Part shown: positions 14,501-29,500 of the stretch, piece by piece
Layout of the letters: the number at the start of each line of letters is the position of its first letter
How positions within the stretch are numbered: the stretch's first letter is position 1
NCBI GenBank assembly: GCA_964016885.1
Contig: OZ024740.1
Location: 1,860,001 to 1,924,000 of the forward strand
Length of the DNA: 64,000 bases
Direction: 5' to 3'
From: Eledone cirrhosa
Lineage: Eukaryota
Notes under the pieces: model-generated
Seen by the model: the letters and a program-made list of their open reading frames with translations, nothing else
What the model was told of the DNA's origin: nothing
Databases searched by the model: none
Program-made: the position numbers and the translations under genes

Positions 14501-17500
14501 TGCCACTGGAATCGGTTAGTTACTACTGTCTTCTATGACTCTATGCCACTATTGTTTGGAATCGGTTATTACTACTGTCTTCTATGACTTTGCCACTATT
14601 GTTTGGAATCGGTTAGTTACTACTGTCTTCTATGACTCTATGCCACTATTGTTTGAAATCGGTTAGTTACTACTGTCTTCTATGACTCTATGCCACTATT
14701 GTTTGGAATCGGTTAGTTACTACTGTCTTCTATGACTCTATGCCACTGGAATCGGTTAGTTACTACTGTCTTCTATGACTCTATGCCACTATTGTTTGGA
14801 ATCGGTTAGATACTACTGTCTTCTATGACTCTATGCCACTATTGTTTGGAATCGGTTAGTTACTACTGTCTTCTATGACTCTATGCCACTATTGTTTGGA
14901 ATCGGTTAGTTACTACTGTCTTCTATGACTCTATGCCACTATTGTTTGGAATCGGTTAGTTACTACTGTCCTCTATGACTCTATGCCACTATTGTTTGGA
15001 ATCGGTTAGTTACTACTGTCCTCTATGACTATGCTACTATTGTTTGGAATCGGTTAGTTACTACTGTCTTCTATGACTCTATGCCACTATTGTTTGGAAT
15101 CGGTTAGTTACTACTGTCCTCTATGACTCTATGCCACTATTGTTTGGAATCGGTTAGTTACTACTGTCTTCTATGACTCTATGCCACTGTTGTTTGGAAT
15201 CGGTTAGTTACTACTCTCTTCTATGACTCTATGCCACTATTGTTTGGAATCGGTTAGTTACTATTGTCCTCTATGACTCTATGCCACTATTGTTTGGAAT
15301 TGGTTAGTTACTACTGTCCTCTATGACTCTATGCCACTATTGTTTGGAATCAGTTAGTTACTACTGTCTTCTATGACTCTATGCCACTATTGTTTGGAAT
15401 CGGTTAGTTACTACTGTCTTCTATGACTCTATGCCACTATTGTTTGAAATCAGTTAGTTACTACTGTCTTCTATGACTCTATGCCACTGGAATCGGTTAG
15501 TTACTACTGTCTTCTATGACTCTATGCCACTATTGTTTGGAATCGGTTAGTTACTACTGTCTTCTATGACTCTATGCCACTATTGTTTGGAATCGGTTAG
15601 TTACTACTGTCTTCTATGACTCTATGCCACTATTGTTTGGAATCGGTTAGTTACTACTGTCCTCTATGACTCTATGCCACTATTGTTTGGAATCGGTTAG
15701 TTACTACTGTCCTCTATGACTCTATGCCACTATTGTTTGGAATCGGTTAGTTACGACTGTCTTCTATGACTCTATGCCACTGTTGTTTGGAATCGGTTAG
15801 TTACTACTGTCTTCTATGACTCTATGCCACTATTGTTTGGAATCGGTTAGTTACTACTGTCCTCTATGATTCTATGCCACTATTGTTTGGAATCGGTTAG
15901 TTACTACTGTCCTCTATGACTCTATGCCACTATTGTTTGGAATCGGTTAGTTACTACTGTCTTCTATGACTCTATGCCACTATTGTTTGAAATCGGTTAG
16001 TTACTCCTGTCTTATATGACTCTATGCCACTGGAATCGGTTAGTTACTACTGTCTTCTATGACTCTACGCCGCTATTGTTTGAAATCGGTTAGTTACTAC
16101 TGTCTTCTATGACTCTATGTCACTATTGCTTAGAATCGGTTAGTTACTACTGTCTTCTATGACTCTATGCCGCTATTCTTTGAAATCGGTTAGTTACTAC
16201 TGTCTTCTATGACTCTATGCCACTATTGTTTGGAATCGGTTAGTTAATACTGTCTTCTATGACTCTATGCCACTATTGTTTGGAATCAGTTAGTTACTAC
16301 TGTCTTCTATGACTCTATGCCACTATTGTTTGAAATCGGTTAGTTACTACTGTCTTCTATGACTCTATGCCACTGTTGTTTGGAATCGGTTAGTTACTAC
16401 TGTCTTCTATGACTCTATGCCACTATTGTTTGAAATCGGTTAGTTACTACTGTCTTCTATGACTCTATGCCACTGTTGTTTGGAATCGTTTAGTTACTAC
16501 TGTCTTCTATGACACTATGCCACTGTTGTTTGGAATCGGTTAGTTACTACTGTCTTCTATGACTCTATGCCACTATTGTTTGAAATCGGTTAGTTACTAC
16601 TGTCTTCTATGACTCTATGCCACTATTGTTTGGAATCGGTTAGTTACTACTGTCTTCTATGACTCTATGCCACTATTGTATGGAATCGGTTAGTTACTAC
16701 TGTCTTCTCTGACTCTATGCCACTATTGTATGGAATCGGTTAGTTACTACTGTCTTCTATGACTCTATGCCACTGGAATCGGTTAGTTACTACTGTCTTC
16801 TATGACTCTATGCCACTATTGTTTGAAATCGGTTAGTTACTAATGTCTTCTATGACTATGCCACTATTGTATGGAATCGGTTAGTTACTACTGTCTTCTA
16901 TGACTCTATGCCACTATTGTTTGGAATCGGTTAGTTACTGCTGTCTTCTATGACTCTATGCCACTATTGTTTGGAATCGGTTAGTTACTACTGTCTTCCA
17001 TGACTCTATGCCACTATTCTTTGAAATCGGTTAGTTACTACTGTCTTCTATGACTCTATGCCACTATTGTTTGGAATCAGTTAGTTACTACTGTCTTCTA
17101 TGACTCTATGCCACTATTGTTTGGAATCGGTTAGTTACTACTGTCTTCTATGACTCTATGCCACTATTGTTTGAAATCGGTTAGTTACTACTGTCTTCTA
17201 TGACTCTATGCCACTGTTGTTTGGAATCGGTTAGTTACTACTGTCTTCTATGACTCTATGCCACTATTGTTTGAAATCGGTTAGTTACTACTGTCTTCTA
17301 TGACTCTATGCCACTGTTGTTTGGAATCGTTTAGTTACTACTGTCTTCTATGACACTATGCCACTGTTGTTTGGAATCGGTTAGTTACTACTGTCTTCTA
17401 TGACTCTATGCCACTATTGTTTGAAATCGGTTAGTTACTACTGTCTTCTATGACTCTATGCCACTATTGTTTGGAATCGGTTAGTTACTACTGTCTTCTA

Positions 17501-20500
17501 TGACTCTATGCCACTGGAATCGGTTAGTTACTACTGTCTTCTATGACTCTATGCCACTATTGTTTGGAATCGGTTAGTTACTACTGTCTTCTATGACTCT
17601 ATGCCACTGTTGTTTGGAATCGGTTAGTTACTACTGTCTTCTATGACTCTATGCCACTATTGTTTGGAATCGGTTAGTTACTATTGTCCTCTATGACTCT
17701 ATGCCACTATTGTTTGGAATCGGTTAGTTACTACTGTCCTCTATGACTCTATGCCACTATTGTTTGGAATCAGTTAGTTACTACTGTCTTCTATGACTCT
17801 ATGCCACTATTGTTTGGAATCGGTTAGTTACTACTGTCTTCTATGACTCTATGCCACTATTGTTTGAAATCAGTTAGTTACTACTGTCTTCTATGACTCT
17901 ATTTCACTGGAATCGGTTAGTTACTACTGTCTTCTATGACTCTATGCCACTATTGTTTGGAATCGGTTATTACTACTGTCTTCTATGACTCTATGCCACT
18001 GGAATCGGTTAGTTACTACTGTCTTCTATGACTCTATGCCACTATTGTTTGGAATCGGTTAGTTACTACTGTCTTCTATGACTCTATGCCACTGTTGTTT
18101 GGAATCGGTTAGTTACTACTGTCTTCTATGACTCTATGCCACTATTGTTTGGAATCGGTTAGTTACTACTGTCTTCTATGACTCTAAGCCACTATTGTTT
18201 GGAATCGGTTAGTTACTACTGTCTTCTATGACTCTATGCCACTATTGTTTGGAATCGGTTAGATACTATTGTCTTCTATGACTCTATGCCACTATTGTTT
18301 GGAATCGGTTAGTTACTACTGTCTTCTATGACTCTATGCCACTATTGTTTGAAATCGGTTAGTTACTACTGCCCTCTATGACTCTATGCCACTATTGTTT
18401 GGAATCGGTTAGTTACGACTGTCTTCTATGACTCTATGCCACTGTTGTTTGGAATCGGTTAGTTACTACTGTCTTCTATGACTCTATGCCACTATTGTTT
18501 GGAATCGGTTAGTTACTACTGTCCTCTATGATTCTATGCCACTATTGTTTGGAATCGGTTAGTTACTACTGTCTTCTATGACTCTATGCCACTATTGTTT
18601 GAAATCGGTTAGTTACTCCTGTCTTATATGACTCTATGCCACTGGAATCGGTTAGTTACTACTGTCTTCTATGACTCTACGCCGCTATTGTTTGAAATCG
18701 GTTAGTTACTACTGTCTTCTATGACTCTATGTCACTATTGCTTAGAATCGGTTAGTTACTACTGTCTTCTATGACTCTATGCCGCTATTCTTTGAAATCG
18801 GTTAGTTACTACTGTCTTCTATGACTCTATGCCACTATTGTTTGGAATCGGTTAGTTAATACTGTCTTCTATGACTCTATGCCACTATTGTTTGGAATCA
18901 GTTAGTTACTACTGTCTTCTATGACTCTATGCCACTATTGTTTGAAACCGGTTAGTTACTACTGTCTTCTATGACTCTATGCCACTGTTGTTTGGAATCG
19001 GTTAGTTACTACTGTCTTCTATGACTCTATGCCACTATTGTTTGAAATCGGTTAGTTACTACTGTCTTCTATGACTCTATGCCACTGTTGTTTGGAATCG
19101 TTTAGTTACTACTGTCTTCTATGACACTATGCCACTGTTGTTTGGAATCGGTTAGTTACTACTGTCTTCTATGACTCTATGCCACTATTGTTTGAAATCG
19201 GTTAGTTACTACTGTCTTCTATGACTCTATGCCACTATTGTATGGAATCGGTTAGTTACTACTGTCTTCTATGACTCTATGCCACTATTGTTTGAATTCG
19301 GTTAGTTACTACTGTCTTCTATGACTCTATGCCACTATTGTTTGGAATCGGTTAGTTACTACTGTCTTCTATGACTCTATGCCACTGGAATCGGTTAGTT
19401 ACTACTGTCTTCTATGACTCTATGCCACTATTGTTTGGAATCGGTTAGTTACTACTGTCCTCTATGACTCTATGCCACTATTGTTTGGAATCGGTTAGTT
19501 ACTACTGTCTTCTATGACTCTATGCCACTGTTGTTTGGAATCGGTTAGTTACTACTGTCTTCTATGACTCTATGCCACTATTGTTTGGAATCGGTTAGTT
19601 ACTATTGTCCTCTATGACTCTATGCCACTATTGTTTGGAATCGGTTAGTTACTACTGTCCTCTATGACTCTATGCCACTATTGTTTGGAATCAGTTAGTT
19701 ACTACTGTCTTCTATGACTCTATGCCACTATTGTTTGGAATCGGTTAGTTACTACTGTCTTCTATGACTCTATGCCACTATTGTTTGAAATCAGTTAGTT
19801 ACTACTGTCTTCTATGACTCTATTTCACTGGAATCGGTTAGTTACTACTGTCTTCTATGACTCTATGCCACTATTGTTTGGAATCGGTTATTACTACTGT
19901 CTTCTATGACTCTGCCACTATTGTTTGGAATCGGTTAGTTACTACTGTCTTCTATGACTCTAAGCCACTGTTGTTTGGAATCGGTTAGTTACTACTGTCT
20001 TCTATGACTCTATGCCACTATTGTTTGGAATCGGTTAGTTACTACTGTCTTCTATGACTCTATGCCACTATTGTTTGGAATCGGTTAGTTACGACTGTCT
20101 TCTATGACTCTATGCCACTGTTGTTTGGAATCGGTTAGTTACTACTGTCTTCTATGACTCTATGCCACTATTGTTTGGAATCGGTTAGTTACTACTGTCC
20201 TCTATGATTCTATGCCACTATTGTTTGGAATCGGTTAGTTACTACTGTCCTCTATGACTATATGCCACTATTGTTTGGAATCGGTTAGTTACTACTGTCT
20301 TCTATGACTCTATGCCACTGTTGTTTGGAATCGGTTAGTTACTACTGTCTTCTATGACTCTATGCCACTATTGTTTGAAATCGGTTAGTTACTACTGTCT
20401 TCTATGACTCTATGCCACTGTTGTTTGGAATCGTTTAGTTACTACTGTCTTCTATGACACTATGCCACTGTTGTTTGGAATCAGTTAGTTACTACTGTCT

Positions 20501-23500
20501 TCTATGACTCTATGCCACTATTGTTTGAAATCGGTTAGTTACTACTGTCTTCTATGACTCTATGCCACTATTGTATGGAATCGGTTAGTTACTACTGTCT
20601 TCTATGACTCTATGCCACTATTGTTTGAATTCGGTTAGTTACTACTGTCTTCTATGACTCTATGCCACTATTGTTTGGAATCGGTTAGTTACTACTGTCT
20701 TCTATGACTCTATGCCACTGGAATCGGTTAGTTACTACTGTCTTCTATGACTCTATGCCACTATTGTTTGGAATCGGTTAGTTACTACTGTCCTCTATGA
20801 CTCTATGCCACTATTGTTTGGAATCGGTTAGTTACTACTGTCTTCTATGACTCTATGCCACTGTTGTTTGGAATCGGTTAGTTACTACTGTCTTCTATGA
20901 CTCTATGCCACTATTGTTTGGAATCGGTTAGTTACTATTGTCCTCTATGACTCTATGCCACTATTGTTTGGAATCGGTTAGTTACTACTGTCCTCTATGA
21001 CTCTATGCCACTATTGTTTGGAATCAGTTAGTTACTACTGTCTTCTATGACTCTATGCCACTATTGTTTGGAATCGGTTAGTTACTACTGTCTTCTATGA
21101 CTCTATGCCACTATTGTTTGAAATCAGTTAGTTACTACTGTCTTCTATGACTCTATTTCACTGGAATCGGTTAGTTACTACTGTCTTCTATGACTCTATG
21201 CCACTATTGTTTGGAATCGGTTATTACTACTGTCTTCTATGACTCTGCCACTATTGTTTGGAATCGGTTAGTTACTACTGTCTTCTATGACTCTAAGCCA
21301 CTGTTGTTTGGAATCGGTTAGTTACTACTGTCTTCTATGACTCTATGCCACTATTGTTTGGAATCGGTTAGTTACTACTGTCTTCTATGACTCTATGCCA
21401 CTATTGTTTGGAATCGGTTAGTTACGACTGTCTTCTATGACTCTATGCCACTGTTGTTTGGAATCGGTTAGTTACTACTGTCTTCTATGACTCTATGCCA
21501 CTATTGTTTGGAATCGGTTAGTTACTACTGTCCTCTATGATTCTATGCCACTATTGTTTGGAATCGGTTAGTTACTACTGTCCTCTATGACTCTATGCCA
21601 CTATTGTTTGGAATCGGTTAGTTACTACTGTCTTCTATGACTCTATGCCACTATTGTTTGAAATCGGTTAGTTACTCCTGTCTTATATGACTATGCCACT
21701 GTAATCGGTTAGTTACTACTGTCTTCTATGACTCTACGCCGCTATTGTTTGAAATCGGTTAGTTACTACTGTCTTCTATGACTCTATGTCACTATTGCTT
21801 AGAATCGGTTAGTTACTACTGTCTTCTATGACTCTATGCCGCTATTCTTTGAAATCGGTTAGTTACTACTGTCTTCTATGACTCTATGCCACTATTGTTT
21901 GGAATCGGTTAGTTAATACTGTCTTCTATGACTCTATGCCACTATTGTTTGGAATCAGTTAGTTACTACTGTCTTCTATGACTCTATGCCACTATTGTTT
22001 GAAATCGGTTAGTTACTACTGTCTTCTATGACTCTATGCCACTGTTGTTTGGAATCGGTTAGTTACTACTGTCTTCTATGACTCTATGCCACTATTGTTT
22101 GGAATCGGTTATTACTACTGTCTTCTATGACTCTGCCACTATTGTTTGGAATCGGTTAGTTACTACTGTCTTCTATGACTCTAAGCCACTATTGTTTGGA
22201 ATCGGTTAGTTACTACTGTCTTCTATGACTCTATGCCACTATTGTTTGGAATCGGTTAGATACTACTGTCTTCTATGACTCTATGGCACTATTGTTTGGA
22301 ATCGGTTAGTTACTACTGTCTTCTATGACTCTATGCCACTATTGTTTGGAATCGGTTAGTTACTATTGTCCTCTATGACTCTATGCCACTATTGTTTGGA
22401 ATCGGTTAGTTACTACTGTCCTCTATGACTCTATGCCACTATTGTTTGGAATCAGTTAGTTACTACTGTCTTCTATGACTCTATGCCACTGTTGTTTGGA
22501 ATCGGTTAGTTACTACTGTCTTCTATGACTCTATGCCACTATTGTTTGGAATCGGTTAGTTACTATTGTCCTCTATGACTCTATGCCACTATTGTTTGGA
22601 ATCGGTTAGTTACTACTGTCCTCTATGACTCTATGCCACTATTGTTTGGAATCAGTTAGTTACTACTGTCTTCTATGACTCTATGCCTCTATTGTTTGGA
22701 ATCGGTTAGTTACTACTGTCTTCTATGACTCTATGCCACTATTGTTTGAAATCAGTTAGTTACTACTGTCTTCTATGACTCTATGCCACTGGAATCGGTT
22801 AGTTACTACTGTCTTCTTTGACTCTATGCCACTATTGTTTGGAATCAGTTAGTTACTACTGTCTTCTATGACTCTATGCCACTGTTGTTTGGAATCGGTT
22901 AGTTACTACTGTCTTCTATGACTCTATGCCACTATTGTTTGGAATCGGTTATTTACTACTGTCTTCTATGACTCTATGCCACTATTGTTTGGAATCAGTT
23001 AGTTACTACTGTCTTCTATGACTCTATGCCACTATTGTTTGGAATCGGTTAGTTACTACTGTCTTCTATGACTCTATGCCACTATTGTTTGGAATCGGTT
23101 AGTTACTACTGTCTTCTATGACTCTATGCCACTATTGTTTGGAATCGGTTAGTTACTACTGTCCTCTATGACTCTATGCCACTATTGTTTGGTATCGGTT
23201 AGTTACTACTGTCCTCTATGACTCTATGCCACTATTGTTTGGAATCGGTTAGTTACTACTGTCTTCTATGACTCTATGCCACTGTTGTTTGGAATCGGTT
23301 AGTTACTACTGTCTTCTATGACTCTATGCCACTATTGTTTGGAATCGGTTAGTTACTACTGTCCTCTATGATTCTATGCCACTATTGTTTGGAATCGGTT
23401 AGTTACTACTGTCTTATATGACTCTATGCCACTGGAATCGGTTAGTTACTACTGTCTTCTATGACTCTATGCCACTATTGTTTGGAATCGGTTAGTTACT

Positions 23501-26500
23501 ACTGTCCTCTATGACTCTATGCCACTATAGTTTGGAATCGGTTAGTTACTACTGTCTTCTATGACTCTATGCCACTATTGTTTGGAATCGGTTAGTTACT
23601 ACTGTTTTCTATGACTCTATGCCACTATTGTTTGAAATCGGTTAGTTACTACTGTCCTCTATGACTCTATGCCACTATTGTTTGGAATCGGTTAGTTACG
23701 ACTGTCTTCTATGACTCTATGCCACTGTTGTTTGGAATCGGTTAGTTACTACTGTCTTCTATGACTCTATGCCACTATTGTTTGGAATCGGTTAGTTACT
23801 ACTGTCCTCTATGATTCTATGCCACTATTGTTTGGAATCGGTTAGTTACTACTGTCCTCTATGACTCTATGCCACTATTGTTTGGAATCGGTTAGTTACT
23901 ACTGTCTTCTATGACTCTATGCCACTATTGTTTGAAATCGGTTAGTTACTCCTGTCTTATATGACTCTATGCCACTGTAATCGGTTAGTTACTACTGTCT
24001 TCTATGACTCTACGCCGCTATTGTTTGAAATCGGTTAGTTACTACTGTCTTCTATGACTCTATGTCACTATTGCTTAGAATCGGTTAGTTACTACTGTCT
24101 TCTATGACTGTATGCCGCTATTCTTTGAAATCGGTTAGTTACTACTGTCTTCTATGACTCTATGCCACTATTGTTTGGAATCGGTTAGTTAATACTGTCT
24201 TCTATGACTCTATGCCACTATTGTTTGGAATCAGTTAGTTACTACTGTCTTCTATGACTCTATGCCACTATTGTTTGAAATCGGTTAGTTACTACTGTCT
24301 TCTATGACTCTATGCCACTATTGTTTGGAATCGGTTAGTTACTACTGTCTTCTATGACTCTATGCCACTATTGTTTGGAATCGGTTAGATACTACTGTCT
24401 TCTATGACTCTATGCCACTATTGTTTGGAATCGGTTAGTTACTACTGTCTTCTATGACTCTATGCCACTATTGTTTGGAATCGGTTAGTTACTATTGTCC
24501 TCTATGACTCTATGCCACTATTGTTTGGAATCGGTTAGTTACTACTGTCCTCTATGACTCTATGCCACTATTGTTTGGAATCAGTTAGTTACTACTGTCT
24601 TCTATGACTCTATGCCACTGTTGTTTGGAATCGGTTAGTTACTACTGTCTTCTATGACTCTATGCCACTATTGTTTGGAATCGGTTAGTTACTATTGTCC
24701 TCTATGACTCTATGCCACTATTGTTTGGAATCGGTTAGTTACTACTGTCCTCTATGACTCTATGCCACTATTGTTTGGAATCAGTTAGTTACTACTGTCT
24801 TCTATGACTCTATGCCACTATTGTTTGGAATCGGTTAGTTACTACTGTCTTCTATGACTCTATGCCACTATTGTTTGAAATCAGTTAGTTACTACTGTCT
24901 TCTATGACTCTATGCCACTGGAATCGGTTAGTTACTACTGTCTTCTTTGACTCTATGCCACTATTGTTTGGAATCAGTTAGTTACTACTGTCTTCTATGA
25001 CTCTATGCCACTGTTGTTTGGAATCGGTTAGTTACTACTGTCTTCTATGACTCTATGCCACTATTGTTTGGAATCGGTTATTTACTACTGTCTTCTATGA
25101 CTCTATGCAACTATTGTTTGGAATCAGTTAGTTACTACTGTCTTCTATGACTCTATGCCACTATTGTTTGGAATCGGTTAGTTACTACTGTCTTCTATGA
25201 CTCTATGCCACTGTTGTTTGGAATCGGTTAGTTACTACTGTCTTCTATGACTCTATGCCACTATTGTTTGGAATCGGTTAGTTACTACTGTCCTCTATGA
25301 TTCTATGCCACTATTGTTTGGAATCGGTTAGTTACTACTGTCTTATATGACTCTATGCCACTGGAATCGGTTAGTTACTACTGTCTTCTATGACTCTATG
25401 CCACTATTGTTTGGAATCGGTTAGTTACTACTGTCCTCTATGACTCTATGCCACTATAGTTTGGAATCGGTTAGTTACTACTGTCTTCTATGACTCTATG
25501 CCACTATTGTTTGGAATCGGTTAGTTACTACTGTCTTCTATGACTCTATGCCACTATTGTTTGAAATCGGTTAGTTACTACTGTCCTCTATGACTCTATG
25601 CCACTATTGTTTGGAATCGGTTAGTTACGACTGTCTTCTATGACTCTATGCCACTGTTGTTTGGAATCGGTAGTTACTACTGTCTTCTATGACTCTATGC
25701 CACTATTGTTTGGAATCGGTTAGTTACTACTGTCCTCTATGATTCTATGCCACTATTGTTTGGAATCGGTTAGTTACTACTGTCCTCTATGACTCTATGC
25801 CACTATTGTTTGGAATCGGTTAGTTACTACTGTCTTCTATGACTCTATGCCACTATTGTTTGAAATCGGTTAGTTACTCCTGTCTTATATGACTCTATGC
25901 CACTGTAATCGGTTAGTTACTACTGTCTTCTATGACTCTTCGCCGCTATTGTTTGAAATCGGTTAGTTACTACTGTCTTCTATGACTCTATGTCACTATT
26001 GCTTAGAATCGGTTAGTTACTACTGTCTTCTATGACTGTATGCCGCTATTCTTTGAAATCGGTTAGTTACTACTGTCTTCTATGACTCTATGCCACTATT
26101 GTTTGGAATCGGTTAGTTAATACTGTCTTCTATGACTCTATGCCACTATTGTTTGGAATCAGTTAGTTACTACTGTCTTCTATGACTCTATGCCACTATT
26201 GTTTGAAATCGGTTAGTTACTACTGTCTTCTATGACTCTATGCCACTATTGTTTGGAATCGGTTAGTTAATACTGTCTTCTATGACTCTATGCCACTATT
26301 GTTTGGAATCAGTTAGTTACTACTGTCTTCTATGACTCTATGCCACTATTGTTTGAAATCGGTTAGTTACTACTGTCTTCTATGACTCTATGCCACTATT
26401 GTTTGGAATCGGTTAGTTACTACTGTCTTCTATGACTCTATGCCACTATTGTTTGGAATCGGTTAGATACTACTGTCTTCTATGACTCTATGCCACTATT

Positions 26501-29500
26501 GTTTGGAATCGGTTAGTTACTACTGTCTTCTATGACTCTATGCCACTATTGTTTGGAATCGGTTAGTTACTATTGTCCTCTATGACTCTATGCCACTATT
26601 GTTTGGAATCGGTTAGTTACTACTGTCCTCTATGACTCTATGCCACTATTGTTTGGAATCAGTTAGTTACTACTGTCTTCTATGACTCTATGCCACTGTT
26701 GTTTGGAATCGGTTAGTTACTACTGTCTTCTATGACTCTATGCCACTATTGTTTGGAATCGGTTAGTTACTATTGTCCTCTATGACTCTATGCCACTATT
26801 GTTTGGAATCGGTTAGTTACTACTGTCCTCTATGACTCTATGCCACTATTGTTTGGAATCAGTTAGTTACTACTGTCTTCTATGACTCTATGCCACTATT
26901 GTTTGGAATCGGTTAGTTACTACTGTCTTCTATGACTCTATGCCACTATTGTTTGAAATCAGTTAGTTACTACTGTCTTCTATGACTCTATGCCACTGGA
27001 ATCGGTTAGTTACTACTGTCTTCTTTGACTCTATGCCACTATTGTTTGGAATCAGTTAGTTACTACTGTCTTCTATGACTCTATGCCACTGTTGTTTGGA
27101 ATCGGTTAGTTACTACTGTCTTCTATGACTCTATGCCACTATTGTTTGGAATCGGTTATTTACTACTGTCTTCTATGACTCTATGCAACTATTGTTTGGA
27201 ATCAGTTAGTTACTACTGTCTTCTATGACTCTATGCCACTATTGTTTGGAATCGGTTAGTTACTACTGTCTTCTATGACTCTATGCCACTGTTGTTTGGA
27301 ATCGGTTAGTTACTACTGTCTTCTATGACTCTATGCCACTATTGTTTGGAATCGGTTAGTTACTACTGTCCTCTATGATTCTATGCCACTATTGTTTGGA
27401 ATCGGTTAGTTACTACTGTCTTATATGACTCTATGCCACTGGAATCGGTTAGTTACTACTGTCTTCTATGACTCTATGCCACTATTGTTTGGAATCGGTT
27501 AGTTACTACTGTCCTCTATGACTCTATGCCACTATAGTTTGGAATCGGTTAGTTACTACTGTCTTCTATGACTCTATGCCACTATTGTTTGGAATCGGTT
27601 AGTTACTACTGTCTTCTATGACTCTATGCCACTATTGTTTGAAATCGGTTAGTTACTACTGTCCTCTATGACTCTATGCCACTATTGTTTGGAATCGGTT
27701 AGTTACGACTGTCTTCTATGACTCTATGCCACTGTTGTTTGGAATCGGTAGTTACTACTGTCTTCTATGACTCTATGCCACTATTGTTTGGAATCGGTTA
27801 GTTACTACTGTCCTCTATGATTCTATGCCACTATTGTTTGGAATCGGTTAGTTACTACTGTCCTCTATGACTCTATGCCACTATTGTTTGGAATCGGTTA
27901 GTTACTACTGTCTTCTATGACTCTATGCCACTATTGTTTGAAATCGGTTAGTTACTCCTGTCTTATATGACTCTATGCCACTGTAATCGGTTAGTTACTA
28001 CTGTCTTCTATGACTCTTCGCCGCTATTGTTTGAAATCGGTTAGTTACTACTGTCTTCTATGACTCTATGTCACTATTGCTTAGAATCGGTTAGTTACTA
28101 CTGTCTTCTATGACTGTATGCCGCTATTCTTTGAAATCGGTTAGTTACTACTGTCTTCTATGACTCTATGCCACTATTGTTTGGAATCGGTTAGTTAATA
28201 CTGTCTTCTATGACTCTATGCCACTATTGTTTGGAATCAGTTAGTTACTACTGTCTTCTATGACTCTATGCCACTATTGTTTGAAATCGGTTAGTTACTA
28301 CTGTCTTCTATGACTCTATGCCACTATTGTTTGGAATCGGTTAGTTACTACTGTCTTCTATGACTCTATGCCACTATTGTTTGGAATCGGTTAGATACTA
28401 CTGTCTTCTATGACTCTATGCCACTATTGTTTGGAATCGGTTAGTTACTACTGTCTTCTATGACTCTATGCCACTATTGTTTGGAATCGGTTAGTTACTA
28501 TTGTCCTCTATGACTCTATGCCACTATTGTTTGGAATCGGTTAGTTACTACTGTCCTCTATGACTCTATGCCACTATTGTTTGGAATCAGTTAGTTACTA
28601 CTGTCTTCTATGACTCTATGCCACTGTTGTTTGGAATCGGTTAGTTACTACTGTCTTCTATGACTCTATGCCACTATTGTTTGGAATCGGTTAGTTACTA
28701 TTGTCCTCTATGACTCTATGCCACTATTGTTTGGAATCGGTTAGTTACTACTGTCCTCTATGACTCTATGCCACTATTGTTTGGAATCAGTTAGTTACTA
28801 CTGTCTTCTATGACTCTATGCCACTATTGTTTGGAATCGGTTAGTTACTACTGTCTTCTATGACTCTATGCCACTATTGTTTGAAATCAGTTAGTTACTA
28901 CTGTCTTCTATGACTCTATGCCACTGGAATCGGTTAGTTACTACTGTCTTCTTTGACTCTATGCCACTATTGTTTGGAATCAGTTAGTTACTACTGTCTT
29001 CTATGACTCTATGCCACTGTTGTTTGGAATCGGTTAGTTACTACTGTCTTCTATGACTCTATGCCACTATTGTTTGGAATCGGTTATTTACTACTGTCTT
29101 CTATGACTCTATGCAACTATTGTTTGGAATCAGTTAGTTACTACTGTCTTCTATGACTCTATGCCACTATTGTTTGGAATCGGTTAGTTACTACTGTCTT
29201 CTATGACTCTATGCCACTATTGTTTGGAATCGGTTAGTTACTACTGTCTTCTATGACTCTATGCCACTATTGTTTGGAATCGGTTAGTTACTACTGTCTT
29301 CTATGACTCTATGCCACTATTGTTTGGAATCGGTTAGTTACTACTGTCCTCTATGACTCTATGCCACTATTGTTTGGAATCGGTTAGTTACTACTGTCCT
29401 CTATGACTCTATGCCACTATTGTTTGGAATCGGTTAGTTACTACTGTCTTCTATGACTCTATGCCACTGTTGTTTGGAATCGGTTAGTTACTACTGTCTT

